DNA of 64,000 bases, taken from contig CAZAGG010000009.1 in NCBI GenBank assembly GCA_964484565.1, positions 61,384 through 125,383 of the forward strand, given 5' to 3'. Source of the DNA: an uncultured Rickettsiales bacterium (GTDB lineage Bacteria > Pseudomonadota > Alphaproteobacteria > Rickettsiales > CAZAGG01). The position numbers and the translations under genes are program-made. Below, one piece after another: positions 30,788 through 40,481 of this stretch (its first letter is position 1; each line of letters opens with the position of its first letter). The notes below the pieces were generated by a model. That model was given only the letters and a program-made list of their open reading frames with translations. It was not told where the DNA came from and searched no databases.

Positions 30788-31540
30788 CTATTTTGGCGCA
30801 GGTCTACGCGGCATAGAATCGTTATAAACGCACACAACATCTGACCCGGCACGAAGAGTAAAGCGAGATGCAACGCGCTCTATAACTATATAATCGCCTC
30901 TTGCGCGGTAGTTAACAATTTGCTCCTTGCCATCAGAGTTTACAATAAAGAAAGCTGGAATTTCAGCATTGGGCTTAAATTGGAAATATGTGAAAGTGCC
31001 ATCATCAAAAATCTTGATGGGAGATGAATATTCAGGGCCTGTAAGTGAATAATTAAAATTATATTTACCAGGTTCTTCAAGCTCTGGAACAGGAATTTTA
31101 TCTTCAACTACGTTATAGCTCATCTCCTCATTAGGATAGATAAATCGCATTACAAAAACCATATCAGGAGAACGAATATCATCGGCTTCTGAGGCGTGAA
31201 GCTCAAAATGATAGATTCTTTTGTCGGTGATGACAGTCATGTTGGTTGTGGCATTTTTATCGACAGGCTTAATAAATATTCTGTCGCCAGATGGAACTAT
31301 TTGCCAAGCTGTTGAATCGCCTATGGAAATTGTTTGTACAACTTCTGCGCCTCTTTCAAACTCGATGCTGGTTTGATAGCCGTAATGGCCAAGAAACTTG
31401 AAAACTTCGTTTTCTTGATAGTTTACAATTCTGATTCTGCTATCTGTGGCTAGCGGTCTTGCCTCTTTTGCAGCATAGCCAGCAGAAGTTACGCTAAAAA
31501 TAGCAACTGAAAAGATAGCAAAAAGAGTGCGAAGTTTCAC
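30788..31540 (-). CDS. virB9: T4SS VirB9/TrbG core protein (paralog 1)
   Basis: Signal peptide, 'DSRIR.V.Y...EV', 'GDS.AWQI', 'TNMTVIT.KR.Y.F', 'P..IFDDG.FTYF.F'. Confidence 0.92.
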   Translation of the reverse strand: MKLRTLFAIFSVAIFSVTSAGYAAKEARPLATDSRIRIVNYQENEVFKFLGHYGYQTSIEFERGAEVVQTISIGDSTAWQIVPSGDRIFIKPVDKNATTNMTVITDKRIYHFELHASEADDIRSPDMVFVMRFIYPNEEMSYNVVEDKIPVPELEEPGKYNFNYSLTGPEYSSPIKIFDDGTFTYFQFKPNAEIPAFFIVNSDGKEQIVNYRARGDYIVIERVASRFTLRAGSDVVCVYNDSMPRRPAPK

Positions 31541-32283
31541 TATTTTGAACCTATAATTTGTTCTATATTATAATCGGTTACTATGAATTCCATAGGTTTG
31601 ATTTCATAAGTTTCCTGATTTACCTCTACCTTTTTATAGCTAAACTTAAGTTTTGCAAGGAAATTGGAAGTTATTGATTCGCCTTGTTGATTTTTAACTA
31701 CCGAACTAAAGCGGATTTCTGCACCATCAGGGAAGGCAACTTTATCATCTGCGTTTGTTGATGATTTGATTGGCGTGTAAGATTCAATAAATATGCTACG
31801 GCTGCTGGTTCTGCCATAAAGTGCAATAGGGCTTTCTGGATTTGTTGGCTCAAGAAATGCACGATATGTTTTAAAAATTTCGGGGTCTGAAAGTGCTCTG
31901 GTTCTATAAAAATTCTTCTCAAAGTCTTCAATAATATAACTTTCACGTGCAATTACATAATCTTTTGCATGAAATTCTATTAATGCATCATCTGTGTAGC
32001 CATATTTATTTGCAAGAGGGATAATTCTTGGGGAATAATTATCTATATCATTTTGGTAGACTACGGCTTCATAACGTTCTTCTAGCGGCAGAATTCCAGA
32101 TATTGCCTGATAGGCATAATAGATAATCAGGCAAGATATTATCATTATAACAATAAGATAAGACCGCTCAGCCATTGGAGAGTTATACTTCGCGTCATAC
32201 CACGAGAGAGACTCGGAAAAGTAATTTCCCTCCTTTATTTTTTGAGCGGCCTCAATAAATTCTAAATTTTCTTCAGTTTTCAT
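31540..32283 (-). CDS. virB8: T4SS VirB8-family protein (atypical paralog)
   Basis: Single TM, 'YV.ARESY', 'P.NP.SP...YG', ends 'KPMEFIVTDY' without NPLG. Confidence 0.82.
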   Translation of the reverse strand: MKTEENLEFIEAAQKIKEGNYFSESLSWYDAKYNSPMAERSYLIVIMIISCLIIYYAYQAISGILPLEERYEAVVYQNDIDNYSPRIIPLANKYGYTDDALIEFHAKDYVIARESYIIEDFEKNFYRTRALSDPEIFKTYRAFLEPTNPESPIALYGRTSSRSIFIESYTPIKSSTNADDKVAFPDGAEIRFSSVVKNQQGESITSNFLAKLKFSYKKVEVNQETYEIKPMEFIVTDYNIEQIIGSK

Positions 32284-32355
32284 TAAACTTGCAATATTAG
32301 TTTAACCGTATTGTAGTATAATAGTGTCTCCATTATAAAGGCAAAGAAATTAAGA

Positions 32356-35300
32356 ATGTGTTTTTTTAATTACAGAACTTGGCTGAATAGACAGAATTTT
32401 TTGTCTGTAACTGTTTTGTTGCTTGTTTCTTTCCTATTTAGCAATGCCTCTTACGCACAGGTAGGCGTACCGCCACAGCAATGTCTCGAGAAGGGTAGGG
32501 CTTGTACGGAAGAATATCCTAATGCCTGTCAGTTTTGGATGTCAAACGACCCCGCTGCGGGTGAGCTTGAAACGACGCTCAACGATCCTGAAAATGGTAA
32601 TCCGCCAATTACTTCAAGTAATAGTAGCGTTACCTGTAACTGTTGGGAACCGTTTATTTCTGGAAGTGTTTTGAACGTTAAGTTTGCAAACGACCCGCTA
32701 AATCCCAATAATCCAAGAAGTTTAAATGTTCTTTGCAGTTGGTCTGAGAATGGAGCAAAACACGGAACTTTAATGGATTGTAGGAGTGCAATATCATTTG
32801 CATTTGGTTTTAATGGTGAAACCTGCGAGGTTAATCCATACGCTGGGAACTCAAACGGAAGTTGCGCTCTCTCAGTTCAGGAGATAGGCAGACTTCCAGG
32901 ATGTACAGCGACAGATAACGGAGAGTATTCAGCGCAACATCAATGCCGAACAAATATAGGTAACGCTATTTCGAATTCAGCTTGCCCTGCAAGATTTCAA
33001 CAATTTTTGGAAAGCATGAACCTTGAAGGATGCGAAAATCGAAAAGAGCTTCCGAAACCAGATGAAGAAATGCAACAAAACTGGTGCAAAAGTTTTGCTG
33101 ATGCGACAAAAGACTCTCTATACCGCGACTATGGAAGAAGGGTTTTGTGTAAAGGCGAAATGGGTGTTGGTAATGAGGGTGTAAGCGATAATAACTATGC
33201 TAGAGCGCAAACGGTTTTAATTAGAATGTGTAATGGCTATGAGCAGGTTAGAAAACCATCTAGTCCAGATATAGTTGATTGTGGCTGTCAGGATGAGTTT
33301 ACTAATACTATGGCCGAGCTATGGGGCTCAAACTCAACGACAATTGATAGTGCATGTTCTGCAATAGTAGAAAGCGGATGTAGGAGTAGCGAGTGCTGGA
33401 ACTCGTTTAAAAATGATTCAGTTTCAGCAGTTTTAAGGCCAGTGCTTGACGGATCTGGAAATGCAAGCGATGTCGCTCAGTTACTAAGAGGGCAGCAAAC
33501 AGCAGGTGGCGTAAGTTGCGAGAGATATGTTGGACCTAAATCAACCGCGTGTAAAGGCCCAGCAGGAAGTTGCGTAACAGCAGGAAGGATTATCTCACCT
33601 GGAAGTGACACTCTCGGAATGTGTCATATTCCAGAGCCAGTGCAAATCGAATATGAAGATAAGCAAAGAATCATAGGTGCTAAACCACTAGGAAGACATG
33701 CAAGAAAGAAGACAGATGTAATAAATCCATATCTAAAAATGCCAGAGCAGGCTTATCGAACGGCGCAATGTTATGGATACGTCAAAGAATTGTGGAAAGA
33801 GAGTGCGTCTTTAGAAAAAGAATTTAGAAGAATTATGGCTGAGTTTAAGAACTGTAGCCGTGTTAACCAGATTAACAATCAAAGCGTTAGTTCGTGCTCT
33901 ATAGCTAGAGAATCTGCTCTTATGCAGCTAAACTCTTCTTTGCAAGGTCTTTTTGGAGTGGATCCAGATTTTTGTAGAAGGAGGCATTGCCAAAAATCTG
34001 GTGATTTTGCAAAATGTATGGAGAATCTACCTCAAACGGCGGGGGTAAATTTTGAGTGTGTTGAAGACGCGATAATATATGGAAGTGGCTGCGCCGGCTT
34101 GGTTGAGCATAGCACAGATTATCTTGATGATACGGTTGCGATGGGTTGCCCGCTCTCTATGCGAATAACTGCTGGAGATACGCCGTCTCTGGCCAGAAAC
34201 AAGATAACTCAATGTGTTGATAATGTTATCCGCTTAAATAGGCATCTTCCAGTCGTCAGAACTGTTACCAAAAGAGAGCCAATTTCAGATGATGAATATG
34301 CAGTTAAATATTGTCAGCTAATTGGCTTAAGCGAAGATATTGCCGAAAGTCGCTCTGATGAGAAATATGACCTATTTAAAATGAGCGGAAGCAAAGATAG
34401 AGCGGCGTTAGGCGGAGGTTCAATTTACAGATATCAGTGTTTGGCGGCACAGAAAAAATCTAGGGTTGAGCCACTAACTAGTAATGGCAAAACAGTTTTA
34501 GCAGAAAGAATATTAGAGCCAGAGCCATCTTCGGCAACTTTTGAATCCAGCCTTTATGGTACGCCTGCAAATGAAGCAAATTTAGAATACGCGCTTGCGA
34601 ATATGCCACCTTATCCAGATATGGATATGAATCGCTTGAACCAAGAAGAAGGCAGTATTTGTCGCCCTATAATGGAAGATATGGCCGAGAAACCAGAAAC
34701 CAGATATAATCCTAAAAAAGAACAAAATCAGAACTTTACAACCTTAAATCAGTTAGGAGAAAAATTCTCAGGAGATCACTCCGATGGTTTTAGCCCAAGA
34801 CATTTAGAAGATTTTAAGAGAGGTTATACTGAGGGTTCTGATATAATTCCACAATGCTTCCAGTGCAGCGGTGGAGCAGCAAATAAAGATCTTAAAACGT
34901 TATATCAGTTAATGCACTGGAATCGTTTACCTTATAAAAACTGTATCAACTGTATTAAAACTTGCAAACTTCCTAATAACCGAACCTGTACTTGTACCGC
35001 GAGCGTTCAAAACCCAGATTATCAAGGTCAGGCGGGAGGAAACCAGCCGATGCAGAATTATGAAGGTAGCTCAAACCAGCCAGAATTTATAGATAAAATC
35101 GAAACCAGAGTTTGCGATATAAGTCAGGAAAAATGCTGTCCAGATGGTTATGTTGAGTCGTGCTCAGGCCAAGTTTGCAGCACGGAATATATGCCAACCG
35201 AACCTCAGCCAGTTGATAATTGCTGCACAGCTACGGGGGAAGGTAACTGTGTCGAAGATGTAAACCATCCATGGCCAAGCGAGAACGAGCGTTGCAGATG

Positions 35301-38300
35301 GAGTAAGTCTGATCAGGATCGCTTTGCAGCCGCGCCATTCTGTAATACTTGCCCATCAAGTTCGCCAGAGGCATGTTGCGGTGATTACCTAACCGATGAT
35401 ATAGTGCCTCATAATATACTGAAACTAAGGGCAAAGCGCGACTCTTGGGGTAAGGAAGAGTATAACTTCCCACAGGGACAAATGTCGCGTGCACGAATTA
35501 ACACTAATGAGGGTGGCTCATCAAGACCGCCAGAGGGCGGGCCAATCAATGTAGAAAGAAATCCAGATGAAGACATGAAGCGAATCTCGCCAGTGCCAGA
35601 AGGATTTTATTTTGAAGAAGAATTCGGTTACGGGGGAGCATTATTTAGAGGCGGCCTACTCAATAGACAAGCCCCGCTGTATGACCATAAAGTAAAGCCA
35701 TATATGATATGGTGGGATGAAGGTTTGCCAAGTTGTAAAGGTTGGAACGATGCCATAGTTGGAATCGGAGATGAAAACCGAAACTGTGGTTATGGTGGAT
35801 GGGAAGAGCTTAAATTATATCAACATCGCTGTTTAAGAGAATTCTCAACTAACTGTATGTGTAATTATGAGCGTACCTTTAAATATGGTTCGGCTGAGGA
35901 ATATGTTCATGCAGCATCGGGAACTTATGTCTCTCCCACTAGCTTTACTTATGTAGGATCAACTCCAACTGCAAAAGCTAATTCACAAATATGGCCAATT
36001 GGCTGGAGAGGATATGTCTCTGAGCCAGATCCAGAATATCGCTTTCCAGCATTTGGAATGGTTGAGGCATATGGTGCTGGAAACAGCGTTGCGGCTCTAA
36101 GAGGAAATGCAGCAAAGTATGTAAACCCAGAGCTATACGGCATTACTAGAAATATGGATGGTCTTAAGAAGCTGGTTGAAACTGGAGCATTAAGGCAAGG
36201 TCTTGAGAATGCGAAAGAAGGTGATATTCTAATTTGGGATAGGGATGTTCTTTGGGGCTCAGATTGCAATAAGCAAACCATGACTTGCTCTAGTTTCGTT
36301 AAACTTGCAGGAAAAGAGCCTTTAAAAACTCCAGAAGCAAGACTGCCGCATGTCGCACATGTTCGTGCGGCTTACACTCCTGCCTCAGTTCTTGCACATT
36401 GTGAAGCTAGAAAACTATTATGCAAAACTGCAATAGAAGTAGGAGGTAATAATAGAAGAATTGGTGATATTCAAGATAATCCTTTCTTTAGAGGCAATAG
36501 ATCGCCTGCCGCTAATCAAGATCCTTTGACTTTTAGAGAGCAAGATCTTGCAGAGTGTCAACCTGAGAATGGTTTTGATTTCAAAACAGGAAACTGCTCA
36601 GCATATCAACCTTATGTAGATTCATTAAAATCACCTGAAAAATGGTATGTCATAGTCTCTGAAAAGAATTATGGCAAATATCCAGATATTTGTGGTAACA
36701 CAGATAAATGGGGTATTGTAACTTCCAGAACGCTTATTCATCCATCAATATCGGCAGATAAACTTGGTCTTCCCAAAGATATAGCAAAGTCTGAGGGTTC
36801 TTGTTCCGATCCTCAAATTGCAAGGTGTAGAGAAGAAAAATGGGATAAAGTTAAAGTTTATAATCCGCGGCTAGACTGGCGAGTTCCAAATACTATAAGG
36901 GCTTGTCGAGAGGTTGCAAATTTCTCAGATGATCCAGCAAGATTACTAGCACAGAGAAACCTCATATTTGATGCAATATATGCTGGGTGTGATCCAATTC
37001 CAGCATTAAGACAACTAGGGGGAAGCCCAAAACCTGTGTCAAATCGTAACTTTGGTAAGGCTACAGTAGACAGAACAACTGAACCAACTGAGCCAGGTAC
37101 AAATGACGGTCCTCAAAAACTGGCGATTATGGAATTTTTATCTAGCGATATTATCCCACCAATTTTAGAAGAAACCAGAAGACCTGAAGATATTCCTCTG
37201 CCACCAGAGTTTGCTGATGGGTCAATAATTAGTACGGGTCTTGGTTTGATTCCTGAAATTAGCATCTGGACTAGAAGAGGAGGTGATGGTTCTGGCGGAG
37301 GAGGTAATGGCTCAGGAACTGGAGACAATGATAACGATGGCAATGGCTCTGGTGGAGGTGATGGCTCTGGCGGTGACGGAGGAGGGGGCAATAATTCAAA
37401 CGATAATGGCTTAGCAGGAGCTAATAAAAGTGGATGGCCAGCTTGTGAAATGCCTCAGAATCTATATGTTTCCAATTGTTCGGGTTGTTATGTAACAACG
37501 GGAAGATGCGGAATCAGCGGCTCTGGAGTTTTTGCGACTAGATGTACGTCTACAATTTCGACCACTAAAAAAGCTCCATCGGAATTCGCAGCAGGAGATG
37601 GCTACGCCTGTGTTAAATCACAAAACGGTGAAGATATTTGTGTAAGAGGTGCAGGAATCCTCGCACAGCCTGCAATGAATAGTGGCAGCATATGCAGTGG
37701 CGGAAAGTGTATATGCCTTGAGTCATGCCAGACAACACAAAGAGCAGTTAGTGCAGATGCGGCATCTGGTGCAAAGACAGATATGAAGAAATTTATGAGT
37801 GAGATTAAGCAGTGCGTTACCAGAGTTCCTCTCACGAATGACACAGAAGATAAGGTTTATAATTGGACAGACTTAAAGCAAGGGAAGTTTCCAAGCGAAC
37901 TTAAAGCGCCACCATCTGATTTTACTGATAAGAATCCTAAGCTCGGATTACCGAAATGTGCAAATCCTGTTCCAAATCAGTGTTTAGATCCTGCAATTTG
38001 TTTCGACTCTATCGCAAATGAAAATCAACAGTGCGATTTTACAGGCGAGCGAACCCCATGCAAAACAAGTTTGCAAAGAGATAATGGTTATGACCACGAT
38101 TTTGTAGCTGACTTCCTATATCACTACACAAACTTCTGTAAAGTTGGCGCTTTGAAAAGCGATCCAGCGATGTGCAGGGCTATGACAAATACTCCTACTA
38201 TAGAGTGGTTATTCAAGCCAGAGATTGCAAATAAACTAAAAGATGCCGACATGAAGGAAATGCAGGGCGTAAGCGGCATGATATTCTATAAACTTACCAA

Positions 38301-38688
38301 AACGGAATATGCTGCTGAAGAATCTTCTTGGCAGAATCCAACGATAGATGAGCTAAAGCAGAAGATGGTGTTGTTTAAGGATATTGTTGCTAAACAGGAT
38401 GTAACTAAAAATCCTTCAGCAATTTTGCCAGCTCCGTCAATCGCAATAATTATCAGCGATAGATATTATAGAGGCCAAAGCGCAATAGTTTATGATTATC
38501 ACCAAGATAGAAACTGCGTTGATTTGATTAGCTCTAACTGGCTTGAAAACTCTTCTTGTGCAGCTAAAACACAGCAATTTGATGCTCATAACTGCTATCA
38601 GGCAATTCCTACATTCAAAAAAGGCTGTATAGAATATTGTGTTCCGCTATCAAGAATTAGCTTTATGTTCAACCCCGAGGCTCCGTAA
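32356..38688 (+). CDS. Giant secreted cysteine-rich protein (2110 aa), function unknown
   Basis: Uninterrupted 6.3-kb ORF, signal peptide ending ASYA|Q, about 100 Cys by manual count, Gly/Asn/Asp linker. Confidence 0.85.
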   Translation: MCFFNYRTWLNRQNFLSVTVLLLVSFLFSNASYAQVGVPPQQCLEKGRACTEEYPNACQFWMSNDPAAGELETTLNDPENGNPPITSSNSSVTCNCWEPFISGSVLNVKFANDPLNPNNPRSLNVLCSWSENGAKHGTLMDCRSAISFAFGFNGETCEVNPYAGNSNGSCALSVQEIGRLPGCTATDNGEYSAQHQCRTNIGNAISNSACPARFQQFLESMNLEGCENRKELPKPDEEMQQNWCKSFADATKDSLYRDYGRRVLCKGEMGVGNEGVSDNNYARAQTVLIRMCNGYEQVRKPSSPDIVDCGCQDEFTNTMAELWGSNSTTIDSACSAIVESGCRSSECWNSFKNDSVSAVLRPVLDGSGNASDVAQLLRGQQTAGGVSCERYVGPKSTACKGPAGSCVTAGRIISPGSDTLGMCHIPEPVQIEYEDKQRIIGAKPLGRHARKKTDVINPYLKMPEQAYRTAQCYGYVKELWKESASLEKEFRRIMAEFKNCSRVNQINNQSVSSCSIARESALMQLNSSLQGLFGVDPDFCRRRHCQKSGDFAKCMENLPQTAGVNFECVEDAIIYGSGCAGLVEHSTDYLDDTVAMGCPLSMRITAGDTPSLARNKITQCVDNVIRLNRHLPVVRTVTKREPISDDEYAVKYCQLIGLSEDIAESRSDEKYDLFKMSGSKDRAALGGGSIYRYQCLAAQKKSRVEPLTSNGKTVLAERILEPEPSSATFESSLYGTPANEANLEYALANMPPYPDMDMNRLNQEEGSICRPIMEDMAEKPETRYNPKKEQNQNFTTLNQLGEKFSGDHSDGFSPRHLEDFKRGYTEGSDIIPQCFQCSGGAANKDLKTLYQLMHWNRLPYKNCINCIKTCKLPNNRTCTCTASVQNPDYQGQAGGNQPMQNYEGSSNQPEFIDKIETRVCDISQEKCCPDGYVESCSGQVCSTEYMPTEPQPVDNCCTATGEGNCVEDVNHPWPSENERCRWSKSDQDRFAAAPFCNTCPSSSPEACCGDYLTDDIVPHNILKLRAKRDSWGKEEYNFPQGQMSRARINTNEGGSSRPPEGGPINVERNPDEDMKRISPVPEGFYFEEEFGYGGALFRGGLLNRQAPLYDHKVKPYMIWWDEGLPSCKGWNDAIVGIGDENRNCGYGGWEELKLYQHRCLREFSTNCMCNYERTFKYGSAEEYVHAASGTYVSPTSFTYVGSTPTAKANSQIWPIGWRGYVSEPDPEYRFPAFGMVEAYGAGNSVAALRGNAAKYVNPELYGITRNMDGLKKLVETGALRQGLENAKEGDILIWDRDVLWGSDCNKQTMTCSSFVKLAGKEPLKTPEARLPHVAHVRAAYTPASVLAHCEARKLLCKTAIEVGGNNRRIGDIQDNPFFRGNRSPAANQDPLTFREQDLAECQPENGFDFKTGNCSAYQPYVDSLKSPEKWYVIVSEKNYGKYPDICGNTDKWGIVTSRTLIHPSISADKLGLPKDIAKSEGSCSDPQIARCREEKWDKVKVYNPRLDWRVPNTIRACREVANFSDDPARLLAQRNLIFDAIYAGCDPIPALRQLGGSPKPVSNRNFGKATVDRTTEPTEPGTNDGPQKLAIMEFLSSDIIPPILEETRRPEDIPLPPEFADGSIISTGLGLIPEISIWTRRGGDGSGGGGNGSGTGDNDNDGNGSGGGDGSGGDGGGGNNSNDNGLAGANKSGWPACEMPQNLYVSNCSGCYVTTGRCGISGSGVFATRCTSTISTTKKAPSEFAAGDGYACVKSQNGEDICVRGAGILAQPAMNSGSICSGGKCICLESCQTTQRAVSADAASGAKTDMKKFMSEIKQCVTRVPLTNDTEDKVYNWTDLKQGKFPSELKAPPSDFTDKNPKLGLPKCANPVPNQCLDPAICFDSIANENQQCDFTGERTPCKTSLQRDNGYDHDFVADFLYHYTNFCKVGALKSDPAMCRAMTNTPTIEWLFKPEIANKLKDADMKEMQGVSGMIFYKLTKTEYAAEESSWQNPTIDELKQKMVLFKDIVAKQDVTKNPSAILPAPSIAIIISDRYYRGQSAIVYDYHQDRNCVDLISSNWLENSSCAAKTQQFDAHNCYQAIPTFKKGCIEYCVPLSRISFMFNPEAP

Positions 38689-38736
38689 GGATATTCGAGG
38701 CTACATATTATCTCTCACATTGCTTATGGGGCTACT

Positions 38737-40392
38737 CTATTCTTCTTTTCCACCTCTTCTGAACAAATTTCTGAATCTAGAAAGAACACTAGCTCTTTTA
38801 GGATCAAGGTCATTACCTTCATGAGGCTCTAGGCGTTTCTCGGCATTTCTTAGTCGCACTTCTGTTTGATGATTTGTGCCTAACGCCTCTTCAATTTTCA
38901 GTTGCTGTTTTCTTTCTTCTCGCTCAATTTCTTGCTGGATATATAATTCTATAGCTTTTTCAATTTCGGCTGGCAGGGAGATAAAGTGTCTAAATTCTTC
39001 GGGAATTTTGACTCCTCTGCGCCCTCTCTTTTTATCCTTTTCGTTCAAGTGCAGCTCGGGAAATATATCACTCATTTTTATAGGCGATAAAATATCTGGC
39101 GAACTGGAAAGAATTTTAAAGATTGTAGTATTTGTCGCATGGCTGGATTGTGAGCCGTTAAGATCAGTTATAAACAAAAATTCATATTCCTCTGTCGGCG
39201 GAGGAAAAGTAAAGTGATGTTTAATTCCTAGATCTAGTATTGTTCCAAGATAAATGCTTGGAATATATTTAATACCTACTTGCCCATTAAAGAATTTATC
39301 ACTTATAAAGACACCAGAAGTTTCGGTAGTAGTGATATCAATTTTACCACCACATACTATAACATAGATTGTAGATTTTCCATCTTGTAATTCTTCGATA
39401 TGCAAGGTTGGTGAATTTGGGTGATAACTACCTTTCTGATTAGGGGCTTGTATTTGTTCTAATAACGATAGTTTGCTATAGCCTAGTATATCAGGTAATT
39501 CATTCTTAACTTTCTCAATAACTAAGTTACGTAATTTTTTAGGGAGACTATCAAACTTTCTTTCATCGATTTGATATGCTGGATTTTCAGCAACATCTTG
39601 CATTCTTGCAAGTAATGCATTTCTCTCACTTGCTATAGATCTCAGGAAAGTTGTAGTTTCGTTACTATATATTTGAATATCAGATTTAAGTTGTTCTGGC
39701 GATTCATTTTTCTGGATTCTTTCGGCGGTGTTCGCATCTTTATCAGTGACTTCATCCCTCTTTTGTATCAGTTCTTTGAGTAGTTTATCAATTTCCGAGA
39801 TGTAAGATCCATATTCCTCACCTGCAATTCGTTTAAGAGCGCATAATCTAAATTGGTTTGTAAGTGGATCTGATATAACCCTTCGAGCGTTTGCCTCACC
39901 ACCAAAGTTATTAGCATATTGTGAAGCAATTAATTCTGCTCTTGCAATTACATCTTCCTCTTTTGCAGATTCTGGAAGTAGTAATTCCGCTAATTCTTCT
40001 GGTATGTATCCTATTGAAACTTCAGCATCATCTTCAATACTAAGAGTGTTTTTAGGTTTTATAGCAAGTAGATCTTCAAGGCTAGAGCCTTCTTGAGTAG
40101 AGAGCCCCGTTTGGATATTTTCTGTTGCGGCTTTATAAGCTCTCACATGGATGTTATTAATACGAGTTATTGCCTTTTGAAGAAGTCCTTCAGCAGATTT
40201 GTTTGCATAGTTATATGACGACTCAGCGCAATCTCTTTGTCTTTCGAGATATTCTATTTCAGAGTCAATTCTTTGAATCAATGGCTTGAAATATCTATCT
40301 TTTTCTGCAACTAACTCAGCTTGAATTTGTACGTTGGTTTTGATTGTAATACCAAGACCAAGTAAATCATCGTCACTGTCATTTCTTGCCAT
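38737..40392 (-). CDS. Hypothetical protein (coiled-coil N-half, basic C-terminus)
   Basis: 551-aa ORF downstream of virB11; ends RFRNLFRRGGKEE; no Walker motif. Confidence 0.75.
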   Translation of the reverse strand: MARNDSDDDLLGLGITIKTNVQIQAELVAEKDRYFKPLIQRIDSEIEYLERQRDCAESSYNYANKSAEGLLQKAITRINNIHVRAYKAATENIQTGLSTQEGSSLEDLLAIKPKNTLSIEDDAEVSIGYIPEELAELLLPESAKEEDVIARAELIASQYANNFGGEANARRVISDPLTNQFRLCALKRIAGEEYGSYISEIDKLLKELIQKRDEVTDKDANTAERIQKNESPEQLKSDIQIYSNETTTFLRSIASERNALLARMQDVAENPAYQIDERKFDSLPKKLRNLVIEKVKNELPDILGYSKLSLLEQIQAPNQKGSYHPNSPTLHIEELQDGKSTIYVIVCGGKIDITTTETSGVFISDKFFNGQVGIKYIPSIYLGTILDLGIKHHFTFPPPTEEYEFLFITDLNGSQSSHATNTTIFKILSSSPDILSPIKMSDIFPELHLNEKDKKRGRRGVKIPEEFRHFISLPAEIEKAIELYIQQEIEREERKQQLKIEEALGTNHQTEVRLRNAEKRLEPHEGNDLDPKRASVLSRFRNLFRRGGKEE

Positions 40393-40434
40393 ATAGTTAA
40401 ATCCATAAGTATTATCGTTCCAAATAACTTAAGG

Positions 40435-40468
40435 TTTATAAGCTGGTTGTATTGCAGATTTATGACAA
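40435..40468 (-). promoter_or_regulatory. PhoB/OmpR-type direct-repeat box plus -10 hexamer
   Basis: Minus strand TTGTCATAAATCTGCAAT-N10-TATAAA; close to the Pho-box consensus CTGTCATAWAWCTGTCAY. Confidence 0.55.
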
Positions 40469-40481
40469 ATGTTAAGTTTTC

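Noticed and set aside
37275-37410. GGT/GGA/GAT-rich repetitive DNA
   Set aside because: Explained by a Gly/Asp/Asn protein linker; no fixed repeat-spacer structure, so not a CRISPR array or VNTR
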